Source: Cetorhinus maximus (lineage: Eukaryota). Taken from it: 64,000 bases of DNA. Below the pieces are notes generated by a model that was not told where the DNA came from, did no database searches, and worked only from the letters and a program-made list of their open reading frames with translations. The stretch is taken from positions 51,212,001 through 51,276,000 of the forward strand of contig NC_135885.1 in the NCBI RefSeq assembly GCF_964194155.1, read 5' to 3'. Made by a program: the position numbers and the translations under genes. Every line of letters starts with the position of its first letter. The first letter of the stretch is position 1. This document shows positions 23,750 through 37,070 of this stretch, piece after piece.

Positions 23750-25590
23750 TCATCAGGTCCTGGGATGTGTCAGCTTTTAGTCCTTCACGTTTCTAGAATA
23801 CATTTTTTTTTGCTGATATTAATTACTTAAAGTTTCTCACTCTTGTAGCCCCTTGGTTACCTTCTATTTCTGGTTATGTAATTTGTGTCTTCTACTAAGA
23901 AGATAGTCAAAATATTTTTCAATCTCTCTCCAATTTCCTCATTCCCCCTGTCTCAGCCACTAAGAGCCCAAGTTTACTTTACCTAGTCTTCTTATACATG
24001 TATAAAACCTGTTGCAATTGTTTTTATATCCCTGGTTAGTTTACTCTTGTATTTTATGTTTTTCATGCTTCATCAACTTTTTGATTATCCTTTGCTGGTT
24101 CCTAAAATGCTCCCAGTCCTCAGATTTACTGTTTTTTGCAACATTGTAAGCCTTTACAGTACTATTAATCTAATGCTATACATGACTTCCCTAGTAAGCC
24201 ATGGGTGGATTTTTCTCACTAATTTTTTGTTTTCTAATGGAATATATTTTTGTCGAACCGTTTCTTTACATTTCCCACTGTTTATTTACCACCATACCTT
24301 TTAGTCTATTTACTCAATCAATCTTAGCTAGATCTCCCTTCATATCTATATAATTGGCTTTGTTCATGTTTAAGATTCTTGTTTTGGGCTCAAATATGTC
24401 ACTTTCAAACTTAATAATGAATTTAATTGTATTATGATCACTTTTTCTTAGCTGATCTTTTACTATGATATTACTATTTAACCCTGTCTCATTACACAAT
24501 GCTCGAACTAAAGTAGTTCTGTGCTTCAGACCATGGACTGTCTCCTCCATCCTCACTCCTTTTTTATCCCCTTTTTTCAATATTCATTTTTATTTTTTTC
24601 CCACTTGGTTTTATTTATTTAATTATTTTTAAAACTTATTTTCATTTTTATTCATTGTTTTATCCCCACCTTTTAGCCTATTTTCGATCTTTTTTCCCAC
24701 CACCATCCCCTCCCCCCTGCCCACCCCCACTAGAGCCCTCTGTCACTTGCTCATGTTATTCTTTCCAGAGTGCTTACCCTTGTCCAGCTATTATCACTTT
24801 CTGCTTTAATGTCACCATTAGCACCTCCTTTAGCCAGTACCACCACCATCAACACCCCTTTGACCTTTTCTTCATGACATCTTTGGCAATCTCTCCTTTG
24901 CCTCGACCTATCGCTGGCCTTCTATCCAGCTTCACCTGCTCCACCCCACTTAAACAGTATAGATTTCACCACACTTTTACTTCTCTTAGCTCTGAAGTAC
25001 AGTCATACAGACTCGAAACGTTAACTCTGTCTTTCTCTCCACAGATGCGGTCAGACCTGCTGAGTTTTTCCAGCATTTTTTGTTTTTGTTTCAGATTTCC
25101 AGCATCTGCAGTATTTTGCCTTTATCTTAGTTCTGTGCCTAGTTGGTGCCACAATGTCCAGTGTTAGGAAGCGGTCATGAAAGCATTCTACAAACTTACC
25201 TTCCAGACTACTTTGCAAATTTGATTTGCCCAGTTTATACGAGATTAAAATCCCCTACGATTATTATATAGCCTTCGCTACAAGCTCCAATTATTTCCTG
25301 CTAAATACTCTGTCCAATAGTAATAACTACTCTTTTGGTTGGGGGGGGGGTGCGGGTATAAACTGTATCCACCAGTTCTTTCTGACTTTTGTCTATTCCT
25401 AATCTCCACCCATACTGATTCTACTTCTTCAACTTCTGAGCCAAGACCCTTTATTTCTCTTGGCCATAAGTCATGCTTTATTATCAGGGCTGCTACTCCT
25501 TTTCCAATCTGCCTTTTCAAAATTGTGTACACCCTGGAATATTTATTTCTCAACTTTGGTCACCTTGTAACCATGTCTCTGTGATGCTGA
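23750..25590 (-). mobile_element. Decayed CR1 ORF2 fragment (endonuclease and linker)
   Basis: GKGVAALII...VESVWVEIRN and SDHNTIKF...LNMNKANY in the ORF track. Confidence 0.75.
24527..25127 (+). mobile_element. Penelope terminal-repeat fragment nested in CR1
   Basis: Family terminus ending ...cagtattttgcctttatct; 13-bp TSD tagttctgtgc(t/c)t at 24514-24526 and 25128-25140. Confidence 0.8.
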
Positions 25591-27578
25591 TATCAAACCC
25601 ACTTGCATCAGAATTTCATGGGTCAGCTCTTTTCCATATACATTGCAGGAGTAATTGGCACTAGTCCCTTGTAAAATGGTAGCAATGTGCTGGTGTATTT
25701 GATAATTAGAGCGTAACTATTAAAAAGCCAGCTCGGGCTGAAAATTGCGGAGTGGCTAGGGGAGCTCCAGGTAAGTAACAAAGTACTTGGTTCAATTAAT
25801 TAACTGAAAATAAGCTTGACTGGGTAGCCTAGAAAGTTCAGGGTCCCTGATGCAACAGACCATGGCAGTTTGTTTTTGTAAAAATTCACAAATACAAAGG
25901 AACACAGTAAGCCATTCACCAACTCAAGCCAGTCCTGCTATTCCATTAAATCCCAGTTGATCTGTCCATGAATTCATTTTTACTTCATTCCTTTTACTCC
26001 ACATCCCTTGATATCTCTGTACATTATTTCCTTTCCTCATGGCAGTGACTCAGAGGATATGGTATTGCTACATTGGGCACTGCCCTCTAACAACCTCAAC
26101 CAAGTGATTCTAGACATGGCCAACAGGATATTCAGCAGTGGGAGCATCATAACCAGGCACAATCTAATTATTATTTGAATTTTACAAGAGGATTTTTAAG
26201 CAGGAGCTGATAAATAACAATCAGGACCAGAAATCATAATTCACTTTTCCTTCCCAGTCCAAAAGCACTTCAGCCAATTCTTGTTATCCTTGCTACCAAG
26301 CCTGAGATCAATTGACCCCATTCTGATCAATGATTGAACCAGAGATCGTTTTGATTTAGGTAACTCAGTACCATGTTGAACAATATATTTACCCTTTAAA
26401 GTAATCAAAATTATTGATCTGCTTTTAAATAATTAATTAGGAGTTGTAATGTTCTAATTGTGCTATTACTTTCTATCTAAAAAAGCTGTTTAGTTGTTTG
26501 CAATGAGAATAGGTTCATTCAAACAACTGTCAAAGTCGATATTCATTTTAAAGGATCTAAGCTGAAAGTTAAATTCTACCGCTAGAGTTTTAAGTAAAGG
26601 GGATTTTGGCGGGGAGAAAAGAAGGCAACAAAAATAGGAAATTAAGTCCCAGTTGCACTGAGAAAACACTATGCTGACATATACAAAAGTATTTACTAAG
26701 AAGCAATCACTAAGCAATGAAAAACTACATTGAAATATGCAATCCACTATTCAAAAATCACACAAAAGATTTATAATGAGGGTCATTCATGGACTAAGTC
26801 TCATGTGGTGTCAATAATAAGTGGGAGCCAGAAGCAATACGTTATATCAGAGGTCATGACTTATCACAGCAAGTAATAGTGAGAGGGAGCATAAGATGTT
26901 TACTCAAATGAAAATGAATTCCAGAGTGCAACAATATTCTTTTCCATGATCTTTGTATTACACTTAAGCTCCATCAAATTTACTACATTTGGTTTCTTGT
27001 CTAGTTCCACTCAATACAACACAGATAAGATGGGAACTAAGTGGCGTGGGGACAGCAGTCTGCATCCCTCCACTTTGGTTCTATGCGCTAGTGTTCCAAT
27101 GCTCAACATCTCTGAACATAATGAATTTTTAAAATTCTATTAGGATTTTAATGAATTGCTGTTTCATAGTTCAATTTGTGGAAAAACACATCAATGCAAA
27201 ATGTTTCATTCATCATACAAGCAATATCAGCAACATGAGAAATATCGGAATGTCCAGGTAACATTTAAGTCCAAATGACAACTTTACACTTGTGAAAAGG
27301 GTAAATTTGACAAGGAATTTCATGCTGTTTCTACATTACAACTTCATACAATTTGGATGCAATGACAGGACATGGATTTATATAATATGCAATGGAATAG
27401 AAATTCAGCATCAAAAGGAATTTGAAAATACTTTTAACATTCAGTTTAGATAAAACTGGTATCATCTGACTTGTTTATACAAGTTAGGATTGCCAAAAAA
27501 TATGAAACAGAAGAGAGTGTGGATACGTACACTTTTATGGGTGAAAAGAGGCTGTAAATCAAGGACAAGAACCCCTCA

Positions 27579-28563
27579 TGATCGGACATGAAAACAGAGT
27601 TCTGTGTCTAAAATGGCAGCTTTGATTAGAGAAGTATGCCATAGCCAGAGCAATGATCATCAAAGTCCCTATAATATCCAGATATGCAGTTAGATTGCCA
27701 GTATCTGACAGGTCCACAGGGCAGAAAGGAGAGGAACAAAAAGGCTCGTGGTGGTGGGTGCCTTAAGGTCAAAACTTACGGAGCTAGTACTGATACACTT
27801 ATATATGGAAAATGCCCAAGATTCACATTGTTGCTTTGATCGGAGCTGCTACATTCTACTGCACGAGGATGATGCCCTCAAGGTCAAATAAGGAATTAAA
27901 AGACTAAGAATTATGCATAACGGTTTTGTTTTTAATTTGTTTGTATATTTCTTCCAACCTCAGCAAATCGTTCTCTCAAGTGACAGAAACTTTTATCTTT
28001 GTCATTGAGGAGACAGACTTACAGGATAATGGCCAAAAGGGTTATGGCACCTAATTTATTACAACTTTCATTCAAAATGTATAAAAAGTTTCCATTTAAT
28101 ATTAATATATTAATAACATTTAATGTTAAATAACATTAATATTTAATGTTAATAAAATATTAACATTTTTAATAATGTTAAAAATAGAATGATGTAATAT
28201 GTGTATTTTTTAAAGTGTGAATTAACAAGTTAAATAACATTTATTGAAATATTCAAATTGTGACTGATAATCAGAAACTCTTGATAAGAGCTACAAGACA
28301 TTATGTTCTTATGCAATTAAACCCTCCCGATAAAGACACTCAGTGGGGTCACTACTAGCCCCCTAAGCTTTGACCTTAAGGTATCCACCACCACAAGCCT
28401 CTTTGTTCCTCTCTTTTCTGCCCTTTGGACCTGTCAGATACTGGCAATCTAACTGCTTATCTGGATATTATAGGGACTTTGATGATCATTGCTCTGACTA
28501 CGGCATACTCCTCTAATCAAAGCTGCCACTTTAGACACAGAACTCTGTTTTCATGACCGATCA
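27579..28563. repeat. Long inverted repeat: 215-bp arms (27579-27793, 28349-28563) with 555-bp spacer
   Basis: Hand alignment of the left arm against the reverse complement of the right arm: ungapped, 199/215 identical. Confidence 0.95.
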
Positions 28564-29394
28564 GGAGACCATAGGCTTCTGACCTTTTCAGAGAAATGGG
28601 AAAGTTCTCCCAGGTGAAGGTAGTCTAAATAACTTATTAAATGACTATTTGAAATCAGAAACAATCTAACAGTCTCAGTTTGCATTTGTGTCTGAAATTG
28701 CTGTGTATAGCAGTTCTTTCATGAAGTTCATATGTGGAACCTAAACTGTCTCTTAAGATTTTGACACAAAATTCAGCAACATATGTATATACAATAAGCA
28801 GAGTAAATGGATATTTTGTAAATGGTTTCCATTTTATCTGACACACTGATATATATTTGGAGCTATCTTTTCACAGGATTCTTTTGAATAGTAAAGGGTA
28901 AGTGCATCTTTATTTTACATTCCAAAATCTAAGTGCCCTAGAGCATGAATACAGGTCCACAGTTCATCAATTGTTTTATTTCAGATTGCAATGCAGATAA
29001 TTACCTCTCACATTGCAATAGCAAACCATATTTCAGTTAGCTTGATTATTAGAAATGTACTTCCATAATCTTGTCTATTGCAAACCTATTTCGGCGCCAA
29101 AAACTGAGTAACATATTGGAGTTAAGGTAGTTCAAACTGCCCCACATTCATAATACACATTTACAGGGAACTAATGCCTAATCGTCAGAAATAGTTAGCA
29201 TGGATGACTTACTAGTACTAAGCATTAGAGCACAAATGCTCAATCCTAAGGATTAGGAAAATACAGATTCAATTACTCATTCTGTACTATTCCAAATACG
29301 AGTCAGACTGAATGAATTACTTAAGAGGACAAAGTTAATGAATTCATAAGAATTGTATTACTAGCCTTATCCATAGGTTTAACTAGTATAAATA

Positions 29395-29690
29395 CTGTTA
29401 ATCAAATTTCTTTTTAGATGACGTAACAGAGAATTCATGAGGATAGTATGCTTGATGTGTAATATGAACTTGCAAAGGCTTTTGACAAAGTACCATATAA
29501 TGGCCTTGTTACCAAAATTAAAACACATGGGATTAATGGGACAGTGGCAGCCTGGAGACAAAATTGGTTAAGGAACAGGAAGCTGATTTGTGGTGAACAG
29601 CTAGTTTTCAGACTGGAGGTCTTCGCAGGTGTTGCCATGAGGACTGCCACTCTTTTCTATGTAAGTCACTGGCCTGGATTTAGGTGTATA
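29395..29690 (+). mobile_element. CR1 RT fragment
   Basis: Remnants of KAFDKVP and KIKTHGINGTVAAWRQNWLRNRK. Confidence 0.7.
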
Positions 29691-29699
29691 GGACAAAGA

Positions 29700-29800
29700 T
29701 AGACTTGCATTTATTTTCACTTTTCATGACCACTGGATGTCTCAAAATGCTTTATAGCCAATGAAGTACTTTTTGAAGTGTAGTCACTGTTGTAATGTAA
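29700..29800 (-). mobile_element. Deu-domain SINE 3' tail fragment
   Basis: agacttgcattt...ccaatgaagtactttttgaagtgtagtcactgttgtaatg, the same tail as 633-755. Confidence 0.7.
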
Positions 29801-30419
29801 CTCCTACCACTGATGAACAGGAAACGGAAATCAGAAAGTCAGCTCCCACTCTGGCCTTCGGCACATGCGCGGTTTCTCCAAGTACTTATGTCATCATTAT
29901 GTGTCCTAAATTCTGCCAGCTCCCTCCTGCCTGCTGCCAGCTCCCTCACGCTTCCTTTGTGTCCCCTCACTGCTCCATTACTAATGGCTCGTTTCGCCAG
30001 TTCCCTCCCACTACCCTCCTGCTCCCCTTACCGTTCCCTTCACCTCTCTCTTTTACTCTCTGTCATGCATGTTAGGGGCTACGGAAGGGAACCAGGGGTG
30101 CAGAAGTGGCAAAGGGAGTGCAGGAGGGTGGTAGGTAGTATGAGGAGGGGCGAGGTGCTGCGGTTGAAGCGAAGAAGCAGCAAGGAACAGTGAGGGGGTG
30201 CAAACTGGAGCAACAAGAGGCCCCGGGCGGGGTGGGGGCTGCTGGGAGGCAGAACATCGTTGTGGTTTCTTTGGTCTTTGTTTGCTTTAATGCAGGCAGC
30301 TGCCTGGGACTTCACTTTCAGTAATGTCACAAGCTGTGACACTATATCTGCAAATGTGCAGGGAAGTGCTCCCCCTGGTGTTATGGCACAAATAAACACA
30401 GCCAGAGAGAGGGTATTTA

Positions 30420-31130
30420 ATGCAAAGAAGCGGGAAATGATACATTTTAATAGGAAAAATGAGGGGTAACATGAATAAAGGGGGCGCAGGAGTAGAGACA
30501 TCTCAGGGTGTATGTCCACAAATCTTTAAAGATAGGACAAGTTGAGAAGGCTGTTATATGGGATTCTGACTTTGTTAATAGAGGAAGAGAGGAAAAAGAA
30601 GCAAGGAAGCTATTGTAAACCTTCATGAAACACCTAGTTAGGACTCATCTGGAGTATTGTCTGCAATTCTGGGCACCACACTTTAGGAAGGATGTCAAGG
30701 CCTTAGAGAGGGAGCAGAAAAGATTGGTATTGGGGTGATGTAGAGACTGGAGATGCTCAGGTTGCTCACCTTCAAACGATGAAAATTAAAAAAGATATTT
30801 GATAGAGGTGCACAAAATCATGAGTGGCTTTGATAGAATAAATGAGGAGAAACTGTTTCCAATGACAGAAAGGTTGGTAACCAGAGGACACGGATTTAAA
30901 GAGATTAGCAAATAACCAGAGTCAATATAGAGAAACATTTGTTTACACAGCAAATTGTTGCGATCTAGAACACACTGCCTGAAAGGGAGTGGGAAGCAGA
31001 TTCAATAGCATCATTCATAAGAGAATTGAAGGAAAAAGGATCTGGAATTAATTGGATAACTCTATCAAAGAGCCGGTGCAGACACGATGTGATGAATGGT
31101 CTCCTTCCGTGCTCTATCACTCTATGACTC
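30420..31130 (+). mobile_element. CR1 3' fragment
   Basis: [21 protein letters not shown] remnant and CR1-type 3' tail. Confidence 0.8.
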
Positions 31131-32054
31131 CATTAAAATGTTTCTGTTGGATATTGAGTGATTATTAATAAAACTGAATGATTAAGAGATAGCAATAAGT
31201 AGACAAACCTAATACATGCAAATGAAAACTTCAACTTAACCGATGGAGCTCGTGTACAAAGAAGGAAATCAAAACCAGTTATATTTTCAAATTAAAAGTA
31301 CATATTGAAAACATTTTCTTCCCGCTAGCATTTAGACTTTTTAAGGAACGAAAGTAACTCCAGAAACCAACAAATATGATTAAAATCAAATAGGTTAAAT
31401 ACAGGTGCAATTAAAAACAACTGAAGATTTGTCTCCAGTTAGCAATTTTTTAAAAAGTATTTGATTTGTCTTTGTGCAAGACATGATTTTTGCATGAGTG
31501 TTGAATCATGGTCTAATCAAAGTTTATAAACTTAATCTACGTAAAGATGATCTTGTCACAGAATTTGAAAAGAACACCTTTATACAAGTACCAAAATTAA
31601 GAAACTTCTATTGTGCTCCTTTATAGCCTCTTTGTAAAATTGATCTGAGAATAATCAGGCTATGCAAGTGCATGTTGGAGTAGTTATTAATTAGCACACT
31701 CGCACAAGCAACGGAGAGATATGGAAGAAAGGAGCAGGAGGGAAGAAGCAAGATTTCAAAATGCATAATAACATCCTCACATCACAGTTATATGGTTGTA
31801 ATATCCCTGCAATAAAATAAAATGAAGGAATCTGGCATCTTGCTAAATAAAATCTTATAATCACTGTCCCCTCTTTTTCACTGCCTCATCCAGCAAGAAA
31901 GAAAAATATTGCAACTCGCTTACATACAAAAAAGAAACAGATCATTCAGCCTAACTGATCAATACAGGTGTTTATACTCTGCACAAGTCTCCTCCTGTCC
32001 TACTTCATCCTGTCCTATCAGTATATCTTTCTATTTCTTTCTCCCGCATGCTCT

Positions 32055-32650
32055 TAACTATTCATCTACTGCTGAAATCCTCATTCATGCCTTTGTAACC
32101 TCGAGACTTGACTATTTCAACACATCGCAGTCAGCCTCCTACTTTTCTGCTCTCCATAAACTCAAGGTCAAACGAAACTCTGGTCCCCATTTCCTAACTC
32201 GCACTGAGACCTGTACACTCATCACTCCTGTGTTCACTGACCTACATTGGCTCCCAGATAAGCAACACCTCGATTTTAAAATTCCCACCCTTGTTTCCAA
32301 ATCCCTCCATGGCCTCATCCCTATCTTTGTAATTTCTTCCAGCCCCACAACCTTCCAAGATATCCACCCTCCTTCAAATTATGGCCTCTAGAATTTCCTT
32401 GATTTTAATCACTCCATCACTGGCTGTGCCTTCAGCTGCAAATGTCCTAAGCTCTGGAATTCCCTCCCGAAACTGCTCTCCTCTCTTTCCTCTTCAGATG
32501 CATCTTAAAATCTACCACTTAGACGAAGCTATCTGCTGTCCTAATATCTCCTATGTAGCCTGGTGTCAAATGTTGTTTGACAATGCTCCTATGAAGCATT
32601 TTGGGATGGTTTACAATGTTAAAGGGCACTATATAAATTCAAGTTGGTCA
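32055..32650 (+). mobile_element. L2 LINE 3' fragment
   Basis: AEILIHAFVTSRLDY and LHWLP motifs; L2-type tail ...gggcactatataaattcaagtt. Confidence 0.85.
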
Positions 32651-33737
32651 TGATTTTGTTGGTGCCCTTAAATGCATGTATGCTATTTGCCTCAACTACT
32701 CCATGTGGTAGCATTCTGACTGTAGTCTGGGGTGTCTTCTGAATTCCTTACTGGACTTATTAATGACAAATATTTATGTTCTCTAGTTTTGGATTCCTCC
32801 ACTAGGGGAATCATCATCTTTATGTCTATCCTATTAAATCCCTTCACAATTTTAATGACTTCTATTAAGTCATCTCCAGCCTCTTCAACTGTATTTTTTT
32901 TTTTAATGGTGTTGAATTGCAACAGGCTTCAATGTTTCAAAGAATTTGTTATCATTAATGTCAAACAGGCAGGGAAATTATTGGAGGACAAATGGATATA
33001 TTTGCGTACAGACCAAGTGGCAGCATTTCATTGTATTCTAAAAGGCTGCATATTCAAATATAAACAACCAACACTATCATCCAGCCTTCACCCCAAGAAA
33101 GGCATTTGTTCCATTGGCCTACATATCTCTGATGGTATTAAAATGATAAAATGATCAACATGAATATAATGTCAACTGCTATTTGTAAGGGTACTTTTCA
33201 ACCTCAAAACTGAAACTCATTTTGGAAAGCCACGAAGACAGCTTTGGTCAAAGTTAATGCTTCTCCCCTACCACCACCCTCCATTCATCTGTAACACAAT
33301 TTAAGGAAACGAACCCAAAAGAAATTGTATTAAAAGCATTTATGCAACTTCATGCTCCAACAAAATACAATATAAGAAGCCATATTAATGCTGCACTCAA
33401 GTTCCTAATGAAACAGCCTATCAAAGAAACAATTAAGAAAGATATTTCCAATGTTGCAACATTTACAAAGTGTATCACTAAGAAATTAATCTGTTAATGT
33501 TATGGCTCTAAATACACTCAATGAGTTTATCAACTACAAGTCTCTTGAAAAATGAATGTAACTGAAATATAGCACATATGTTACAACTAATGGAATCTGA
33601 TAGGAATTTCAGTAACATTCGCCATTTCCACCCGAAGCTAGCTGAACTGAACAGGATTCACAAAATTTCAAACATTAGTCCTTAGAATTCCAGACCTTAA
33701 TAGGATGATACTGTATTTCGAGGATATTTACAAAGAT

Positions 33738-33760
33738 TTTATTCAAACATTTGATTTATT
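33738..33760 (-). terminator. Tandem AATAAA polyadenylation signals, candidate FDX1 3' end
   Basis: tttatt on the + strand at 33738-33743 and 33755-33760, about 270-290 nt after the stop in AT-rich UTR-like sequence. Usage is unproven. Confidence 0.5.
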
Positions 33761-34026
33761 TTCTTTTAGATTATACATCTTGTATACAATAGTTGCTGTT
33801 AAGCAGGTTATCAATGTACTCCTCTGAGTTAGTGATGTTGGTGGCTTTTCTCCACTAAGAAATTAAAATAATGAGAACCTTTTGATACATTCAATATTAA
33901 GTAATCCAGTTATACTGAAAATTTTGTGTAAAACAATTCTGTAAAACATAAATCATACTTTAATTATTAAAGAGAACTGAACTGTTTTCTTTAGCCATGT
34001 GGATTTTGTAATTTAGATTAATTCCT

Positions 34027-34141
34027 TCAAGAACCTGAGCCAAAGTCCTTGGTTTGTCTAGCATCAGCAACATCATTCGGTACTTCCACAATCATCCCAT
34101 CCATCCACTTCTTAAGGCAGATCTGGCAGCCCAAACGAGAC
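34027..34141 (-). CDS. FDX1: Adrenodoxin terminal coding exon 4 (115 bp to the stop); absent from the ORF track
   Basis: Hand translation after acceptor gattttcag|: (R)[40 protein letters not shown]. Contains SRLGCQ with the fourth Fe-S cysteine; phase matches exon 3. Confidence 0.96.
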
Positions 34142-36009
34142 CTGAAAATCAAATTCAATTATATTTTAAAGCAACACTGAAGAATCTTTAGGTAAGCACC
34201 CACGTCAGCACTTGATGTAATAAAATATCTTTCTGGCTTATTGCAAAGTGTTATTTTGGGAAATATTCCAAGCAGCTGATTTTTCAAGTGGTGTACTGTC
34301 ATACTAACACTAATGAAATATGCAATGCCTGCCCTTATTGAAAAAAATTCATAATTCCAGCAAACATAAAAATTCACACTCAATCTCTAAACTATTACCA
34401 TTTAAATGTCTTAAATTAAGACATTTAAGCATGTCTTAAAATATGTTAAATGTGTGTTTGGACAAATAACTTTGATGTTCAAAACATTCACCAAATTTTC
34501 CTTTAAAGTAATTAGATTTTCCAAAAACATTTCCGTCCCAACCAGCAATAATAAATGCTGCCACAACACAGGCTGACTGGACACGAGAAACAAAATCATC
34601 AATGAATTATGTTCAAGTTGAAAGGTTTTATGTCATGTTTCAGTTATGACTGGGATTTCTCCATGTAGGTTAAGAAAACAGAACTTGCCACAACCTACCT
34701 TGATGGATAAGAATGGTCATTCATGAAGCAATCATAATTCATTTAAATTAAACATTTAATTTCACAGACACTTGTCATATGTAATTGTTGGCCTAAACGA
34801 ATCCTCAGTATTTTTCATCTAGGAATAAGCCTTCAATCTTTTAGTGAAAAAGTATTTGAAACTATATAGAAAAAAATCTATGAAAACTGATGGAAGGATG
34901 TAAGTAGGATGAAAATAATTAAAGACATATAAAGCAAAAATGGCAACTGATTAATTAGTTTAGTTCAATATTCAAATATCTTACATAATTATAAAATATA
35001 CCTCAAAATAAAATTTAGTTTCACTTTTGACATTTTCGACTGAAATGAGCTCCTGACATATTTTATTCAGTTGCTTCAGATTACATATTACATCCCACAC
35101 TTCAGCTTTCCTCCCAGGGGCTTAATTTTCTGCACTCCCTGCCTTCTAGAGACATGCACCTATCTTCATTAAACTGCTGCTCTGAAATGTCAGCTAAACA
35201 GCCACGAGCAACCTTCTCTCTCGTCTTTTCTCCTCCAACCTCTGGGAAGGCATTAACATCTCCCTGCAACAAAGCAGCTGAGATTGGGAAATCAATCTTT
35301 GCCTGAACAAAGCTGCGTTCCATTACACAGCATCCCAGTGCTCCAAACTGATGGCCAAAATGAAACACCCTACAATTATTTTTTTATCAACTGGAGGCAG
35401 TAATCTATGTTTTAGATAGCCTTTGTAAAACCAGCTCCATTACGCTTCATTTGTGCAATGTTAGTTTTTTTGGTTCTGATTTTAGTTTCTTTGGTTCTAA
35501 TTTGTGGAATAAGGAAGGTGGCATGATAAAATCTCATAATTCGCATAATCCCTGGGTCTAATGCTTAATCAGTTTGATTTTTTTGTTAAAATTTTAAAAT
35601 GGAATGTAAAAATAAAGGACACTGCAACGATCCAGCAATGGGCACCCTTAGAATGAAGTATGAAAATTGTGAAGCTATTACACATCGCAACAGACACGCT
35701 AAACATCAAAGCAGCTAATAAAGCCAAGAGTTAAGTGGTCCCACAATCAAAACACCAGTGCCAAGTTCTCTAGCCTCATAAGATTCAGTTACGAATGGTG
35801 CTGGATGACCAGCTAACTGCAGGAGACTGCCCCTTGAATGTCCCATTCTCAACCGTGGTGACGCCCAATGTGTGAGTGGGAGACAAGGTTGAAGTGTCTT
35901 CAAACAAAAGTGCCAAGAAAAGTATCCCAGTTGGTTTCCTCAATCTTCCCCCTCGTAGATGTTATTTTCAGCTAATTTGATTCATTTCATGTGACATTAA
36001 GCAGATGAT

Positions 36010-37070
36010 TTCACTGGGCACAGAGAAGGCTATGGGTATTGACAACATCCTAGTGAAGAAGAACTGAGCACCAGGTTGGCCAGTCATCCAACTAAGTTGT
36101 TCCAGTATAGCAGTATAGCATTTACCTGACAATGTGGAAGATTGCCTAGATACGTCCTATCTCTAAAAGAATACATCTAACCCAGCCAATCAGTGCCCTG
36201 TCAGCCCCCTCTCACTCATCAATAAAATGGGTGAAAAGAGGGATCAATACTGCCATCAAGGAACACCTACTCAGCTTAAGTTCCACCAGAACTACTGAGC
36301 TCCAGACCTTATCACAGTCTGGCTCTAGACACAAATGCTAGAGCACATTGCCAGAGGAGAGCATTCAGCTGACTACGGCATTAAGGTGCCCCAGGAAAAC
36401 TGAGGTCATTAAGCATTAAAATAAAGAAAAATTTCCAATGGCTAGAGTTATATCCAAGTCAAAGGAAGATGGTTGTCAAGGTCAGTCATCACAATCCCAG
36501 TTGTAGGAATTCCTCAAGGAAGTGTCCTTAGCCGAAACATCTTCAGTTGCTTCATTAATGACCTTTCCTCTTCCATATATTTACGAGTGTTCAGTTCCAA
36601 TCATAATTCCTCTGATAATGAAGCAGTTATTCAACAGGGTCTAGATAACATCTAGGGCTGACATGTGGTAGGTAACATTCATGCCACACAAGTGCTAGGT
36701 AATGACCGTTTTGAACAGGAGAAATCCCATCCACTTCCCAATGACCTTCGATGGCTCTACCATCACAAAAATCCTCATCAACAACATTTTCGGAGCCAGT
36801 AGCTACCAGAGTCTAAACTGGATCAACCCCATCAAAACTACAAGAGCAAGGTTTGGTACTGGCTCATCTCCAAAGCCCTCAAAGCTCCTCTGCTATTTAC
36901 AAGGCTAAGGTCCAGAGGGTAATAAAATGCTCACTCAGCTGGATGGATGCAGACACAACATTCAAAGTAGCTCAACAGTAGGGCAGAACAGTACACTTAA
37001 TTCATGGGATTGGAATCAATATCCATCCCGCTCACCGCTGGCGCAATGTGGCTGCGATATGTACATTCTA
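36010..37070 (+). mobile_element. Old non-LTR retrotransposon RT fragment (related to 49437-51421)
   Basis: GIPQGSVL...IFSCFINDL motif; colinear with the 49900-51090 region. Confidence 0.7.
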
